A DNA stretch of 64,000 nucleotides from Thecamonas trahens ATCC 50062 (lineage: Eukaryota > Protista > Apusomonadida): assembly GCF_000142905.1 (NCBI RefSeq), contig NW_013657662.1, forward strand, positions 248,001 through 312,000, read 5' to 3'. Below the pieces are notes generated by a model. The model searched no databases. It saw nothing but the letters and a program-made list of their open reading frames with translations, and was not told where the DNA came from. Both the position numbers and the translations under genes were made by a program. Positions 24,789-37,794 of the stretch are shown in pieces. Numbering within the stretch: position 1 is the first letter of the stretch; every line of letters starts with the position of its first letter.

Positions 24789-24953
24789 CTGTCCATCATT
24801 GCCCGCAACCCCCCCCCCCCGCCCCCGCCCACGCGCAAAGAGCCCAACCCCCATCCCCATCCCCGTTCCGCTCTTGTGTGAGTGCCCTGCTACCTTCCTT
24901 CCCGTCGCTGTGCCCGCCCACGTCACGCCCCCCCTCCGTCTGACCCCCCCCCC

Positions 24954-25241
24954 NNNNNNNNNNNNNNNNNNNNNNNNNNNNNNNNNNNNNNNNNNNNNNN
25001 NNNNNNNNNNNNNNNNNNNNNNNNNNNNNNNNNNNNNNNNNNNNNNNNNNNNNNNNNNNNNNNNNNNNNNNNNNNNNNNNNNNNNNNNNNNNNNNNNNNN
25101 NNNNNNNNNNNNNNNNNNNNNNNNNNNNNNNNNNNNNNNNNNNNNNNNNNNNNNNNNNNNNNNNNNNNNNNNNNNNNNNNNNNNNNNNNNNNNNNNNNNN
25201 NNNNNNNNNNNNNNNNNNNNNNNNNNNNNNNNNNNNNNNNN
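24954..25241. other. Assembly gap (N run)
   Basis: Ns. Confidence 1.
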
Positions 25242-25599
25242 NGTACCGTACCCGTACCCCGTACCGACGGAGGGAGGGAGGGGTGGGGGGGGGGGGGGGG
25301 GCACGCCGCAGTGCACCCACCATCACCCACTCAATGTACATGCATCATGCATCACCATCTCGCCCCCCCCCTCTCCCCCTCCTCCTCCTCCTCTTCCTCT
25401 TCCTCATCGTCTTCCTTCTGATCACTCTCTCATCCCGCCATCCTCACACCCATCGCTGAACAACTCCCCTTTCTCCCGGCCCTCCTCCTCCCCCACCAGG
25501 TTCACTCCATCACACATCCCCCCTCCCCTCCCCCCTCCCCCTCCCCCCCCCCCCCTCCCCCTACCCTCCCACACACCCACACACCTCACCATAACAGAA

Positions 25600-27521
25600 A
25601 TGGTGTTTGAACTCCCCGTACCAACGGCAGCAACACAGCCAGAACCTATGGGCTACCCACTCGCTCCCACGGCTGTGCGTGCGCAGCCCGTCCTGGCGGT
25701 CGTCCCCTGGGCAGGCTCGGGCGCAGGCATGGTTGGCGCTGATGAGGTCCGGGCACGGCTGGCTGGGACTAGCGGATGGGGCGACGAGCACGGGAGTGGA
25801 AGCGATGACGACGAAGGAGCCACTGATGCTCAGGCTAGTCATGCCGGAGCATACACCCGCTGGGGCCTTAATGAGCTCTTGGCCACGTCCGAGGGCAGAG
25901 GCCGCGACCATATCTCGCCTGAGATGCGCGGCCGGATGGCGAGCATCCGAGAGGCTCGCAAGGCTGCCGAGCGTGAACGCGGCCAGGAGCGCGAGGACGA
26001 CGGCGGGGACGGCGTGCCCAAGGCAATGAGCCAGGATCACTACGCTGCGCTGGGGCTGGGTGCCGCCGGGCTCGGCGCCTCGGCCGACGAGCTCAAGGCC
26101 GCCTACCGCGCCATGGTCCTCGTCACTCACCCGGACAAGAACGAAGACATGGCTGACGGTAAGGCCTTTGACGCGGTGCAGGTAGCGTTCGACCTCCTCT
26201 CCGACCCAGCCGAGCGGGTCAAGTACGACTCGCTGTACCGGACGTGTGACGCCGTACCTTCAGAAGACGACATGATCCGGGCGGCAACGGCCGGTGGCAA
26301 CGCGTACTATGAACTGCTGCGCCCCGTCTTTGCACGTAACCTCCGCTGGTCGCTCCACGAGCCTACCGTTGCCGACTTTGGCGACGCCGAGTCACCATAT
26401 GCCGACGTGGAGGCCTTTTACGACTTTTGGCTTGCCTTTGAGTCCTGGCGCGACCTCTCAATGCTCTGTGAGTACGATCTAAGCAAGGCCGGCGATCGGT
26501 ACGAGCGGCGCTGGATGCTCAAGCACAACGAGCGCGAGAACAAGGCCCGCCGCAAGGCCGAGGTGGCCCGGCTTGACAAGCTTGTGCGAACGGCGCAAAA
26601 GTACGACCCGCGGATCAAGGCCGCCAAGGCTGCGGCTCGCAAGGCCAAGGCTGATGCCAAGGCTGCCAAAAAGGCTGAGGCCAAGGCCCGCCGCGAGGCC
26701 CAGGCCCAGGCCCGCAAGGCCAAGGCCGAGGCCAAGGCTGCCGCCGAGGAGGCCGCCGCCGCCGAGGCCGCCGCCAAGCGCCAGCAGCGCCAGCGGCTTC
26801 GCAAGACCGCCCGCAAGACCATTCGCCAGCACGCCAAGACTGCCGAGCTCGAGTTTACCCTCTGCGAGCAGTTTGTCATCGACGCCCACGAGGACGAGCT
26901 CATTGCGGTGTACGAGGAGCTGGTGGCGGCGGCGGCGACCGCAACGCAAAGGTCAGCGAAGAGCAGGCAGTCGTTATCCGCAAGATCATTTCCGCAGCCG
27001 CTGCCGGAGTCAAGGCGCGGATCGAAGAGTCGCGACAGATCCTTGCGCGCGAAAACGAGGCCCGTAAGGCCCGCCAGGCGGCATCGGCCAAGGTGAGCAG
27101 CAAGCCGTGGACTGCCGATGAGCTCTCGCTCTTTGCCAAAGCCGTGGCCAAGTTTCCCGGCGGAACAGCCAACCGGTGGCAGGAAATTGCCGGCTTTGTC
27201 GGCCGGAGCGTCAAAGAGTGCCAGGTCAAGATGCGCGACTACAAGAGCATGCCGCCGCCAAGCGCAACAACAACAGCGTCGAGTCCTACACCGTCGGCGC
27301 CGAGCCCTGCGCCCGCTGCAGGCGCGCCGGCCGGCCCGCCCATGGGCGACTGGACGCCTACCCAGCAAAAGCAGCTCGAGGACGCCATGGTCAAGTACAC
27401 CAAGGACATGGGCAAGGAGCGGTGGAAGGCCATCGCCGCCGCCGTCGACGGCAAGAACAAGAAGGAGTGCAAGGCCCGGTTCAAGGAGCTCGTTCTCTTT
27501 TACTCGCAGCAGGGCAAGTGA
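25600..27521 (+). CDS. DNAJC2: Zuotin/MPP11 ribosome-associated J-protein with two SANT domains; apparent frameshift at ~26930
   Basis: J-domain HPDKN, the zuotin motif FYDFWLAFESWRD..RYERRW, a charged helix, and SANT motifs WTADEL..FPGGTANRW and WTPTQQKQLE..RW..IA. Confidence 0.93.
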
Positions 27522-27523
27522 GC

Positions 27524-29088
27524 TCAGGGCTGCGACGAGGTTGCCGCCGCTGCCTGACTCGGATACGATGCCTTTTGCGGCTCGGCGGGCGCGTGAGCCG
27601 GCATCTGGCACCCGGGACAGTTGTGGAGCGTGTCGTGGACAAAGTTGTCACACTCGAAACAAAAGAGCTGGTGGCAGAGCGGGCAGACGCGAAACGGCGC
27701 GTTGTCAACAGTAGCAACTGGTGGGAGGAGGGCGGCACAGGCAAAGCACGAGCCCGGGAGAGCGGCGAGCACGTCGGCCGATGGCGGCTCGTACTTGGCA
27801 ACAGGAAAGAGGTGGTGGTAGGAGCGGGCGAGATGCGGCGGGGCCACCAGGGTCAGTCCGCAGGTGACGCAATCGGTCGGGATCTCGCACATCTTGGACC
27901 CGCAGTTGGGGCAGATGTAGCCAGTATCCGTGAGGTACTGGTGGCAGGCGCAGAGCGAAGCGACGGCCCGGGTGTCGGTCACCGTTCCTGGGTTGTGCTC
28001 CGGCCCTGCCGGCGTCTCGACGCCAGGAAAGCCCATCTTGACGAGCGCGTTACCAAAGGCCTTGGCCCCGCGCTTGACAGGGGTCGGAACCGCATGCGAG
28101 AGCAGGATCTGTCGAAAGTGGTGTGACGAGGTCGGGACGGCGTACTTTCCGCCCGTGGCGTCGGCGAGGTACTGCAGGACCCGCAGCGCAGCGCCAAAGC
28201 CGATGACTGACGCTCTGATTCCAGCGTCGCGGACCTCATTGATGGTGTGAAGCACATTGCCTGGATCACATGTTGTGAGCGACGAGAAGACGACGAGGAT
28301 CTCGCGGGCGCCGTACTTTGGCAGCGAGGCAAGTGATGTCTTGGCCAAGTTGAGCGCGTTCTGCAGCGAGGGCTCGGCGCCAACGGTCAGGCCTGGGCCG
28401 GACAGTGCCTCGATGTGCTGCGATGGATTGCCGCCCATCTCGGTGACAAGCGTCGCCTTGCGCGACTTGGTCACGATAATGCCCATGTGCGAGATGGGAT
28501 TCAGGTCAAAGAACTCGCGCACAAACGCCTCCATGGCCTTGACCACCACTGCATGCCGCGTCGGCCGCATGTCGGTTGCCCGCAGCGACGTCGACATGTC
28601 CAGGATGACAAACAGCCGTCGGATGATGCCACGGCGGACCATGCCCTCGTCATCGGCCTCGACCCGTCTGATGGATGCCGTGGAAAGGTGTGAGTGGATG
28701 GAAGGCTTCTCCGCGGTCTCGCACACGTACATGCGAGTACACGAACAGGCAAGGCCTCATCGGACGCCATGGCTGTGTCTCGGCATCATGCTCGGCGTAC
28801 TTGTGTTCGGCGTACGCGTGCTGTGTGCAGATGTGTGCCGTGCGCAGCCTCTGCATCGGGTGCGCACACGCTCCCCACCCATAGCCCATCCTCCTTCCTC
28901 CTCTCAACCTCTATCCAGCAGCCCGTCTTTTGCATCTATACGTACGTGTTTTCCAGCAGATTCTGCCTCAGCTTGTCCACACCCACCAGTGTGCCATCGC
29001 CAGCCTCGCGCAGGGTCTCCCACGGGCGCTCATACGTTTGCTCCCAGGTAAAGGCGCCCACGTTGTCGTCCGAGTCCGAGTCCGACAT
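27524..29088 (-). CDS. GTF2H2: TFIIH subunit p44/Ssl1; exons 29088-28946, 28667-27524
   Basis: WEQTYERPWE; RGIIRRLFVILDMS..FFDLNPIS..PSLQNAL..LTTCDPG; HLARSYHHLFP; C-terminal Zn fingers ending LHNCPGC. Confidence 0.95.
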
Positions 29089-29343
29089 GGCGCACAAGCA
29101 GCGGGGGGAGGTGTGTGTGTGTGTGTGGTGGGGGGGGGGGGGGGGGGGGGGGGGGAGGATAGGGTGGAGTGAGGTGGTACGACAGGAATGGCATGGTTTA
29201 TGCGTCGATGACCGCGTGTAGTCTCGCACCCCTTCCGCCGGTCCGTCCGTCCGTCCGCCCGACCCGCCGGTCCGTCGGCTTGCTCTCCCTCCCACTCTCC
29301 CCCGAACACTCACCCTCACACTGGCACTCCCCACTCGTCGGAC

Positions 29344-32300
29344 ATGGCCAAGACGACGGGCGAGGAGGCCCATGGGCCGAGCCAGCCTCAGTTTTTCACC
29401 ACGCATGCACGCCACCTGGCCTTGGACTCGTTCGGTGCTCCGCGGCTGCAGGACTGGCGCATGCGTGAACGGGTACGACTGGCAAGGGTGGGGCCCGGCG
29501 AGGGGGGGGGGGGGGGGGGGAGGCTAAGCGCGTGGCTTCTACGGCTCTTTTCACAGACAGGATCCCCCGCTGGCGGCCGGGACCATGAGGGCTGGTAATA
29601 TGGTTTGGAGGAGTTGGGTGGTTCAAAGGTGGCTCACTGTAGAAGGTTTGTGCTTGGCTGTGTGGTTGGAGGAGGGGATGTAGATGAAGACCTTGTCTGT
29701 GGCGCTGGTCATGTGTCTCAATGTGGGCGTGGACCCGCCGGACGTGATCAAGATCGAGCCATGCGCCCGGCTCGAGTGCTGGGTTGACCCGTCGTCGCTC
29801 CCGCCGCGGGAGAGCCTGGAGACGATCGGCAACGCATTGCAGGCACAGTATGCGCGATGGCAGCTCAAGACGCGATACAAGCAGGGGCTTGATCCGACTG
29901 CTGATGACGTCAAGACGCTATGCCTCTCACTGCGGCGACACGCCCGCGACGCGCACGTGCTTTTCCACTACAACGGGCATGGGGTACCGCATCCGACGAC
30001 CTCGGGCGAGATGTGGGTCTTCAACTCCAACTACACCCAGTACATCCCGCTCTCGATGTACGATCTGCAGTCGTGGCTCGGCTCGCCGTCGATTTTTGTT
30101 TTTGACTGCGCAGGGGCCGGGCTCCTCGTCGACGCCCTGTTGCGGTTCGGCAAGCAGCGGATGCGTGACGAGGCGCGGGCAGCAGCGGCGGAGCAGGCGC
30201 GCGGCGGGCGAGGCGCAGAAGGATCCGGACGCGACGGCAGCGTGTCAGGAGGCATCGGCGGGCGGAGCAGATCGTCGCGGTCGTCGCGCAAGGCCTCCCG
30301 CAGCCGCGGTTCGGATGGCTCCGCCCGCGGTCGGTCGACGCCGCGCCCGTTCTCGATGAAGGACTGCCTCATTCTCGCGGCGTGCGGCCCTGAGGAGAGC
30401 CTGCCGCAGAATCCGGTGCTCCCCGCCGATGTCTTTACCGCCTGCCTCACCACACCGATCAAGATGGCGCTCCGCTGGTTCTGTGCCACTTCGGTTCTCT
30501 CCTCGGTCGGCCTCGAGGTGGTGGACGCCATTCCGGGGCGGCTCTCCGACCGGCGGACGCCGCTTGGCGAGCTCAACTGGATCTTTACGGCCATCACCGA
30601 TTCGATTGCGTGGAACGTTCTGCCGCGGCCGCTCTTCCAGAAGTTGTTCCGCCAGGACCTGCTTGTGGCCTCGCTCTTCCGCAACTTTCTTCTTGCCGAG
30701 CGTGTCATGCGTGCCTCGGGCTGCACGCCGATCTCGGTCCCCGCACTGCCGACTACCCACAACCACCCGCTGTGGGAGGCGTGGGACCTGGCGGCGGACG
30801 TGTGTCTCGCGCAGGTGGCAGTCATGATCCACCCGCCACCGAGCGGGCCGCCGCGATACAGGCACTCGACGTTTTTTGCCGAGCAGCTGACAGCGTTTGA
30901 GCTGTGGCTCGAGCTTGGCGCCGTCGGACTGGATCCGCCGGAGCAGCTCCCGATTGTGTTGCAAGTCTTGCTCTCGCAGTCACACAGGCTGCGTGCGCTG
31001 CAGCTACTGGCACGGTTTGTGGACATGGACGCTTGGGCGGTCAACCTTGCACTCTCGGTTGGTATCTTCCCGTACGTTCTCAAGCTGCTGCAGTCGCCGG
31101 CAGCGGATCTGCGCCCGGTCTTGGTCTTCATCTGGGCCAAGATTCTGGCGGTTGACCCGTCGTGCCAGAAGGATCTGGTCAAGAACGGGGTCCACGGATA
31201 CTTTGTCAATGCTCTTGTGGTCGCCACCGGAAACGTCTTGGCGGTGGCGCCATCATCAAGCGAGCTGGAAGCTGCGCAGCGCGAGCAAGTGCATGCGCTT
31301 TTTGTGCTCGCCGCCATCGTTGCCAACTTTCCGGCCGGCCAAAACGCCTGTCTCCTGGCAGGCATGCTGAGCGCTTGCATGCGAGTGCTCGAGACGGCGG
31401 CGCACCCGCGGGTCATAGTCTGGGCATGCACTGCGCTTGGCAAGCTCTGGCTCCGGGCCGAAGACGTCAAGGTCGAGGCCAAACGCCACTATGCACTCGA
31501 CTCTGTCACCCCGCACTTGCTCCACCAGGTGCCCGAGGTCCGTGCAGCTGCCACCTTTGCGCTCGGCGCGCTGTTTGATGGTCCGCTGTCGGCGCTGCCA
31601 GCGCGGGCGCGGGCGCGGGCGCGGGCCGAGGCTGCCCAGCGCGCCGAGGTCGACCAGTCGATCGCGTTTCAACTGCTGCAGGTCACAACCGACGCCTCGC
31701 AGCTTGTCCGCCGCGAACTCCTCCATGCGTTTGCCGAGTACATGGCTGCCAACATGGCGCTGTTTGTGGAGGTTGCCACGGAGTTTTACCGCGACGAAGC
31801 AAGTCGGTTTGCGGGCGATGGCAAGAGCGGCGGGCCAGGCGAGCCCGGTGACGAGACCAACAGCATGCCACCCACCAGTGACAATCCCGGCCACATGGTG
31901 TGCGCGGCAGTTTGGTCGGTCCTCGTTGGCCTGGTCGTCGACCCGTACCCGTATGTCCGCCGGCTTGCGCGCGTCCTGCTCGAGGCAGTCGGCTCGCACG
32001 TCGACGGGCTTATGGCGCTGATCAAGCCACCCACGCTGCCGTCGGAGCTCATGGCGGCGCGGACACCGTCAGCATCGGACGCCGGAACTGCGAGTGGTGA
32101 GTCGCCGGCGAGTGAGTTAAGCGACTTTGCCCCGGGCACCAAGGGCAAGGCCAAAATCAAGGCCAAAGGCAAGGCCAAGGCCAAGGCCAAGGCCAAGGGT
32201 GGGTCAAGCGCCGGAGGTCAGAGCTCGAACGAGGCCAGCAGCGGCCAGCCGTCGCCACGCGGATCGGGGCTGTCGGCGCCGTCGGGAAAGTCGCGAGTGG

Positions 32301-33757
32301 CGACGGCAGTCAGGCGCAGCTCCGGCCTGGCAGGCGGCGTTGGGAGCAGCGGGCAGCTGCGGCGAACGCCGCAGCTCGGCTCGAACGAGATTCTCTCCGA
32401 GCTCGCCAGCCCCGGAGGCTCGGGCGAGGGCTCGTCTCGGCCATCGTCGCCGGCCGTCTCCGAGTCGTCCGATGGCGAGCTGGTGCTTGAGATGGACGGT
32501 CTCGAGTCGAAGTTTTTCCACTGGATGCGGCTGGGCATGGTGGGCAAGTGGCAAAGTGGCACCAGCGAGCGGCGTGGCGGCGAGCGGCTCGGCGAAGCAC
32601 TGGACGCACTTGTGGAGGCTAGCAAGGAAGAGCACGCCGAAGGAGGAGGGAACGGAGGCCAGACGGCGGTGGGTATGGACGGCGTGGTGGCCTTGGGGCG
32701 GACGGCGTCGCGGCTCTGGCGCGAGATTCGCAACGACCGGGTGCAAACCGAGGCGCAGGACGCGGCGCTGGTGGCCGGCAAGTGCAAGCTGGAAGACCAG
32801 GTGGGGATTCTGGACAACGACGGACACATTCCGCTGCTGGTCAAGTTTGATCCGTTCGAGTCGCGGCTCATTGTGGCGGACGAGCAGTCGCTCATCACGG
32901 TGTGGAACTGGGAGAGCGGAACGCGAGTCGGTCGGTTCACCAACGACAACGTAGTCGGCTCGCGCATGTCGTCGCTCGACCTCATCAATGCCGAGCAGAG
33001 CTCGCTCGTGCTCGTCGGCACCGACGAGGGCGTGGTCCGAGTCTGGCGCAACGTTGGGTCAACAGCGCGGGCGCCGAGCCTGGTCACGTCGTGGCGGGCG
33101 CTTGCGGAGCAGGTGCCGGGCAAGCGCGGCGCAGGGCTCATCACCTCGTGGCAACAATCATCGGGCTACCTCTTTTGCGGCGGCGACGTGCCTTTCGTGC
33201 GGGTGTGGGACCTGCGGCGCGAGATGGCGGTGCTCGATATCCCGACAGGGACCGAGAGCTCGGTGACCGCGCTGACAACCGACGGGTCGTCGACGCTTGT
33301 CGGCGCGACCGGCGACGGACGAGTGCTTGTGTTTGACCTCCGTGCGCCGGCGCGCGAAGCGCTGGTCAAGGCCATCGCCGCCCACTCGTCGTGGGTCCTC
33401 GACGTCCACATGCGCGGGCCCCGACATGTCATCTCGGGCTCGTCGGGCGGCTCGATTCGAACTTGGGACTTGCGGGCCGACGGCCCAACAGCACAAATCA
33501 AGGCGTACGACAAGGGCATGACTGCGCTGGCGGTCCACCCGTCTGCGCCGCTAATGGCCGCAGGCTCGCAGAATCAGTTTGTCAAGGTCTTCAATACCTC
33601 CGGCAAGGAGCTGTCCAAGATTTGTTTTTACGACGGCTTTCTTGGCCAGCGCATCGGTGCTGTCTCCTCACTTGCCTTTCACCCCCACCGCCTGTTCCTT
33701 GGCGTGGGCTCGACAGACTCGATAGTCTCTATCTACGCGTCTGAGCAATACCGGTGA
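29344..33757 (+). CDS. RPTOR: Regulatory-associated protein of TOR (Raptor/Kog1); exons 29344-29472, 29684-33757
   Basis: WRMRER|MKTLSVALVMCLNVGVDPPD, FHYNGHGVP, PEQLPIVLQVLLSQ, HEAT repeats and a C-terminal WD40. Confidence 0.97.
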
Positions 33758-33769
33758 GTGTTTTTACGT

Positions 33770-36700
33770 CTAGCCCGACGACGAGTCGGATGACGAGCCG
33801 GATGACGAGTCGGATGACGAGTTGGACGACGAGTCGGATGACGAGTCGGATGACGAGTCGCCGTCCTTGCCGCTCTTGCTGCCATTGTTCTTCCAGGCAA
33901 AGCTCGACATTGAAAGCGAACGCATGCCTTGCATGTTCACCTCGTCCTGAACCTCTGGCATGGAGCTAGCAGGCTCAAAGGGCGCTGCTACCGCAGCAAG
34001 GATGGCCGAATCAGACAGTGAGCCGCGAATGCTGGCAGTCAGCGGCTCGGTCTCCCCCGAGGCAATCGAAGGGAGAACACCAGTTGTCTCGAGATCCGAC
34101 AACCTGTCGCTTGCCGGGAGGACGTTGGAAGCGTCGTGGGTGGTCTGACGGCGCCTGCGCGTGGGAACATAGCGACGATGAATCTCGGTGCTTGATGATG
34201 CATGCTGATCGCGAGCCAATGGAGGTAGTGCCGTCCTCCCGGTGAACGTTGCCGCGGGTTTTGGCACGAGATGCGTTGGTGACAGTTGAGTGCTTGTTTG
34301 GGAGTCCGTGAGCGAGTGCGGGGTAGTTGTCCTCGAGCGCGCACGACGGTGGGAGCTGGAGCGCGTGGTGATGCGGACGCGAGAGCGTGGTAGACTTGAT
34401 GTGCTTCGCAACGATGCCGGTGGCAAGCGAAAACGTGCCTGGAGCGGGGAGATGGCGAGCCGGGTGTCGCCCGCGGCTCGTGACTGGGCAGTGGCATGGG
34501 CGATGTGGTAGATGGATGTGTCGCGGCCAGTACCTGCAATTACCACAAGGTGCGGGCGGAGCGCAGCAAGGCGGATGGGCGGCGGGAGCTTGATGAGTTG
34601 AACATAGGCACCGTTGCGAGCATTGCGGACCTCGATAGCAAAGGTGGAGATGCCCAAGATGTAGTGGCCAAGCGAAGCAAGTGTGTGCGGGCGGCGGGTT
34701 AAGTAGAAGGTGGCGGCCAGTCGACCGGGCTGGCGAGATTGCGCGTCGACGACACCGACGAACAAACCGGCGGCAAGTGCCAGGTGCGACGACGGCCCGG
34801 CGAGATCAAGCTGGACAACAGCAGTGGGCATGGCAAGAGGGCCGGCGACCATCGAGATCGGTGGAGAGATGGCGAGGGCCAGATCCGAGTCGCGTTCGAC
34901 GACCATGGCGCCAGCATCGGTTGCGACAAGCAAAGAGCCGATGCACGGCCCGTTGAGGGCAAAGCGCATCGACGTGACCCGAGAAGAGAGCTCGAGCGTT
35001 GAGAGTAGCTCAAAGTGGAACGACTGCCAAGAGTAGACACGGATGGTGCCGTTTTTGGAGACGGTGGCGACTCGCGGATCAGGTCCACCCGAATCAAAGA
35101 TGTCGACTAGGCGAGCGTGGCGCGAGGCAGTGAGCCGCTTGGTTACCCGGCTGCCGATCGAGTTGAGAAAGACGACAGTGATGGGGACGCGGGAGGAGTT
35201 CGAGTGCAGAAGTGCGACGTGGATGGCTGGTAAGACGTCGATACGTGACCAGCTGCCCTTGGCAATGCACGTGGGAGTCGCATCCAGGCCGGCGAGCGGT
35301 GAGGGTGCCAGGAAGACGCCCGAGGTTGTGGCATAAAGATGCTGCGAGCCGTACCATGCCCAGGCCGTGACGGGCATGCCAAATCGTGAGATGACTACGT
35401 ATGGCATAAAGGACTGCATCCCGTCGCGCGCTGGTGCCAAGGCTGTGGCGTTGAGTTGCGAGCCGACGACCCGCGGCAGCGTGATGCGCGCAATGTCAGC
35501 GAGGCGGGCGCCCTTGGTGGAGCGGTTAAACTCGAGGGCACGAGTAAGAGTAGTGGTCCGATGAGCGACGATGGTCTCTCTGCGCTCGTCTCCCGACAAC
35601 GTCGACGTGCAAAGCCCATTGAGCATGTGGGTGAAGAGAGTGTGGAGGCCACTCGATGAGGCGTCAAAGTGGATGCGGCCGCGGCCGAGCGCGGGACCAA
35701 ACGGTTTGACATGATCCGGAACAAGGATGTGCGCGACGAGGCGATTGCGACGCGGCACAGCCACAGCAACAACCGATGCGCGCAGAAGGACGCCAGAGTC
35801 AATGGCTGTGGATAGAGACGGCGCAAACACAACAGCGACGTGGTGAGAGGCCTCAGGCGCATTGTTGGAAGCATACGACAGAGTGTCAGCGTGTGCCTCA
35901 TCGTGATCCGGCTCGACGCGGCAGCGCAGGTCTGTCGTACCCACGCGAACAGTGAGCGACGGACTGGCAGCAGAGAGCGTGGCAACAAGCTGGTCAAAGG
36001 TGGTGCGCGAGGAGTTGTCCATGCCGGCGTTGATCGAGTCGGACTTGTGCAGAGTGACGTTGACGAGCCGCGGGTAAAGACTATCTTCGATGTTGAGGAG
36101 GGCGGCAACAAGGCGCGCGTCGGAAACAGTGGCGAGATCGGCACGTTGCTTGGCAACCACGCCGGACGGATCGTACTCATCCAGCACGGCAGCTAGATCG
36201 CGCTTGTGTGCCATCGACTTGGTTGGCGCCGAAAGGCAGAACGGGATGACAACAGACGGGGTCCACACAATGGCTCGGAGCATGGCTCTCGGGCTGTGGG
36301 TGGATCGATGGATGCTTATGACAGTGGGGACAGGCGGAGCGCCGTCCGAGTGATGGATCTCGCCAACCCAGTTGACATGCGCCTCACACGCAAAGTAAAG
36401 TCGGTACCACGCCCCCAGCATCTTGGGATCCTCTCTCGCCACAGCCGAGGAGGCATTGGATGGCCGCGGCTCGGTACCGTTGACCTTCCACGCGACGGGG
36501 ACGTAGCGCGCGCTCAAACAGTCGGCGCTGCCGCTGCCGCTGCTGCTGCCGCTGCGGCTGTGGCTCGGCGAAGAAAGGTGGTCGCCTGGGGCTAGCCGCG
36601 AGCCATCGTTTGGAAATGCTGGCGAGCGTTCGCGCGAGTGGCGCCGGGGTCGAGCGTCGACAGCGAGGGCAGACCGCCGATAAGTTCGCCGCCGCCGGCG

Positions 36701-37281
36701 CTCGGGTGCAGTAGATCGGCGGCTTTGGACTGGTTGGCTGGCAGCTTGCCGCGAGGCCGCCGCCGCAAAGGCGGCCGCCGTCGAGGCAAGGACCTCCGAA
36801 TCAAACTTGCGCGAGTAAACGCCCATGCCGTCGAGCGACTGTGACATGGCTGCCTTTCGCGCTGCCGCAAATACCGAGCACCACGACTCGGCGGCGTCGG
36901 CAGCCTCGGTCAAGATGTAGTGGTCCGGTGCTGCGGCGCCGGGACTTTCGAGTTGAGCCCGGGTGAAAGCGAGCACGGCGTCTTTGCGGGACACAACGGT
37001 CTCCATGATGTCGATTTGAAATGAGGCGGGGCCCTCGACAAACAGCATGGTTCCGAGGAGGTAGATCGTGCATGGATACGTTCTATGGGCATAGCGAGTG
37101 GGAGGGAGGAGTGAGGCGGGGAGACGGGGGAGGAAGGGGGGGTGGGGGGGGGGTTGACCGCAGCCGAGTGCGGCTTTGGACAAGATTCGTACCGACGGAG
37201 GGAGCCCTTGGTATCATGCTCACCAAGCCATGCAATAGAGGAGGCATTTGGAATGTTTGCTTCTCGGGATGGGTTGGCCAT
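33770..37281 (-). CDS. PH-like + degenerate RapGAP-like + CNH-like protein (GARNL3-like); exons 37281-37193, 37082-33770
   Basis: WYRLYF..HVNWVG (RapGAP N-part), VKPFGPAL, and a CNH-like tail YILGISTFAIEVRNARNGAYVQ. A GTACGA...CATAG intron keeps the frame. Confidence 0.6.
33776..33860 (-). repeat. 12-bp tandem repeat (TCATCCGACTCG) encoding an SSSD tail
   Basis: About 7 imperfect copies. Confidence 0.9.
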
Positions 37282-37794
37282 TGCCCATACAGATGAGGAC
37301 GTCGGTGGTAAGGGACAGGTGTGCTGTTTGGGCCGTGCAGGAAAAGGGTGGACGGGTCAAGGAACAGGTCCAATGTCTGGTCAAGCCAATACGGTCAACA
37401 CTTCTCGGTACAGACAGCCAGTCAATCAACACCTTTGATTGGTAATACAGATGGGAGTTGCACACGACGGGATCGGAGAAGAGACATTCTTGGTGGGGAT
37501 GCAAAAATGGAAGGATGGGAGACGAAGGGAAAGGGAGGGAGGAGGAGCGAGGGAATAGGGGGCTGGAGTCATAGCAGGGAACGTGGCATACAGTTCGCTA
37601 ATACCAGGCAGAAAACTGCTTGTGATGGAATGCGAGGTTGCCAATTAAGGTCGAAAAGCCCTTTTTGCGCAAACGCTTGGTCCGTCACTAGGCGGAGCCG
37701 ACCATCGGCCGCCGGTTGCCGGCTTCCCGCCCGCCGGCTTTCGAACAAGAGTGACAACGGACGGTGAAACCGCAGACGCAGACTCCACTTGGTC

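Noticed and set aside
30031-33144. Long antisense and alternate-frame ORFs over real genes throughout the window
   Set aside because: Expected shadow ORFs from high GC3 codon bias. They have no recognisable motifs.
33776-33860. 12-bp tandem repeat as a CRISPR-like array
   Set aside because: No spacers. It encodes the SSSD tail of a eukaryotic gene.
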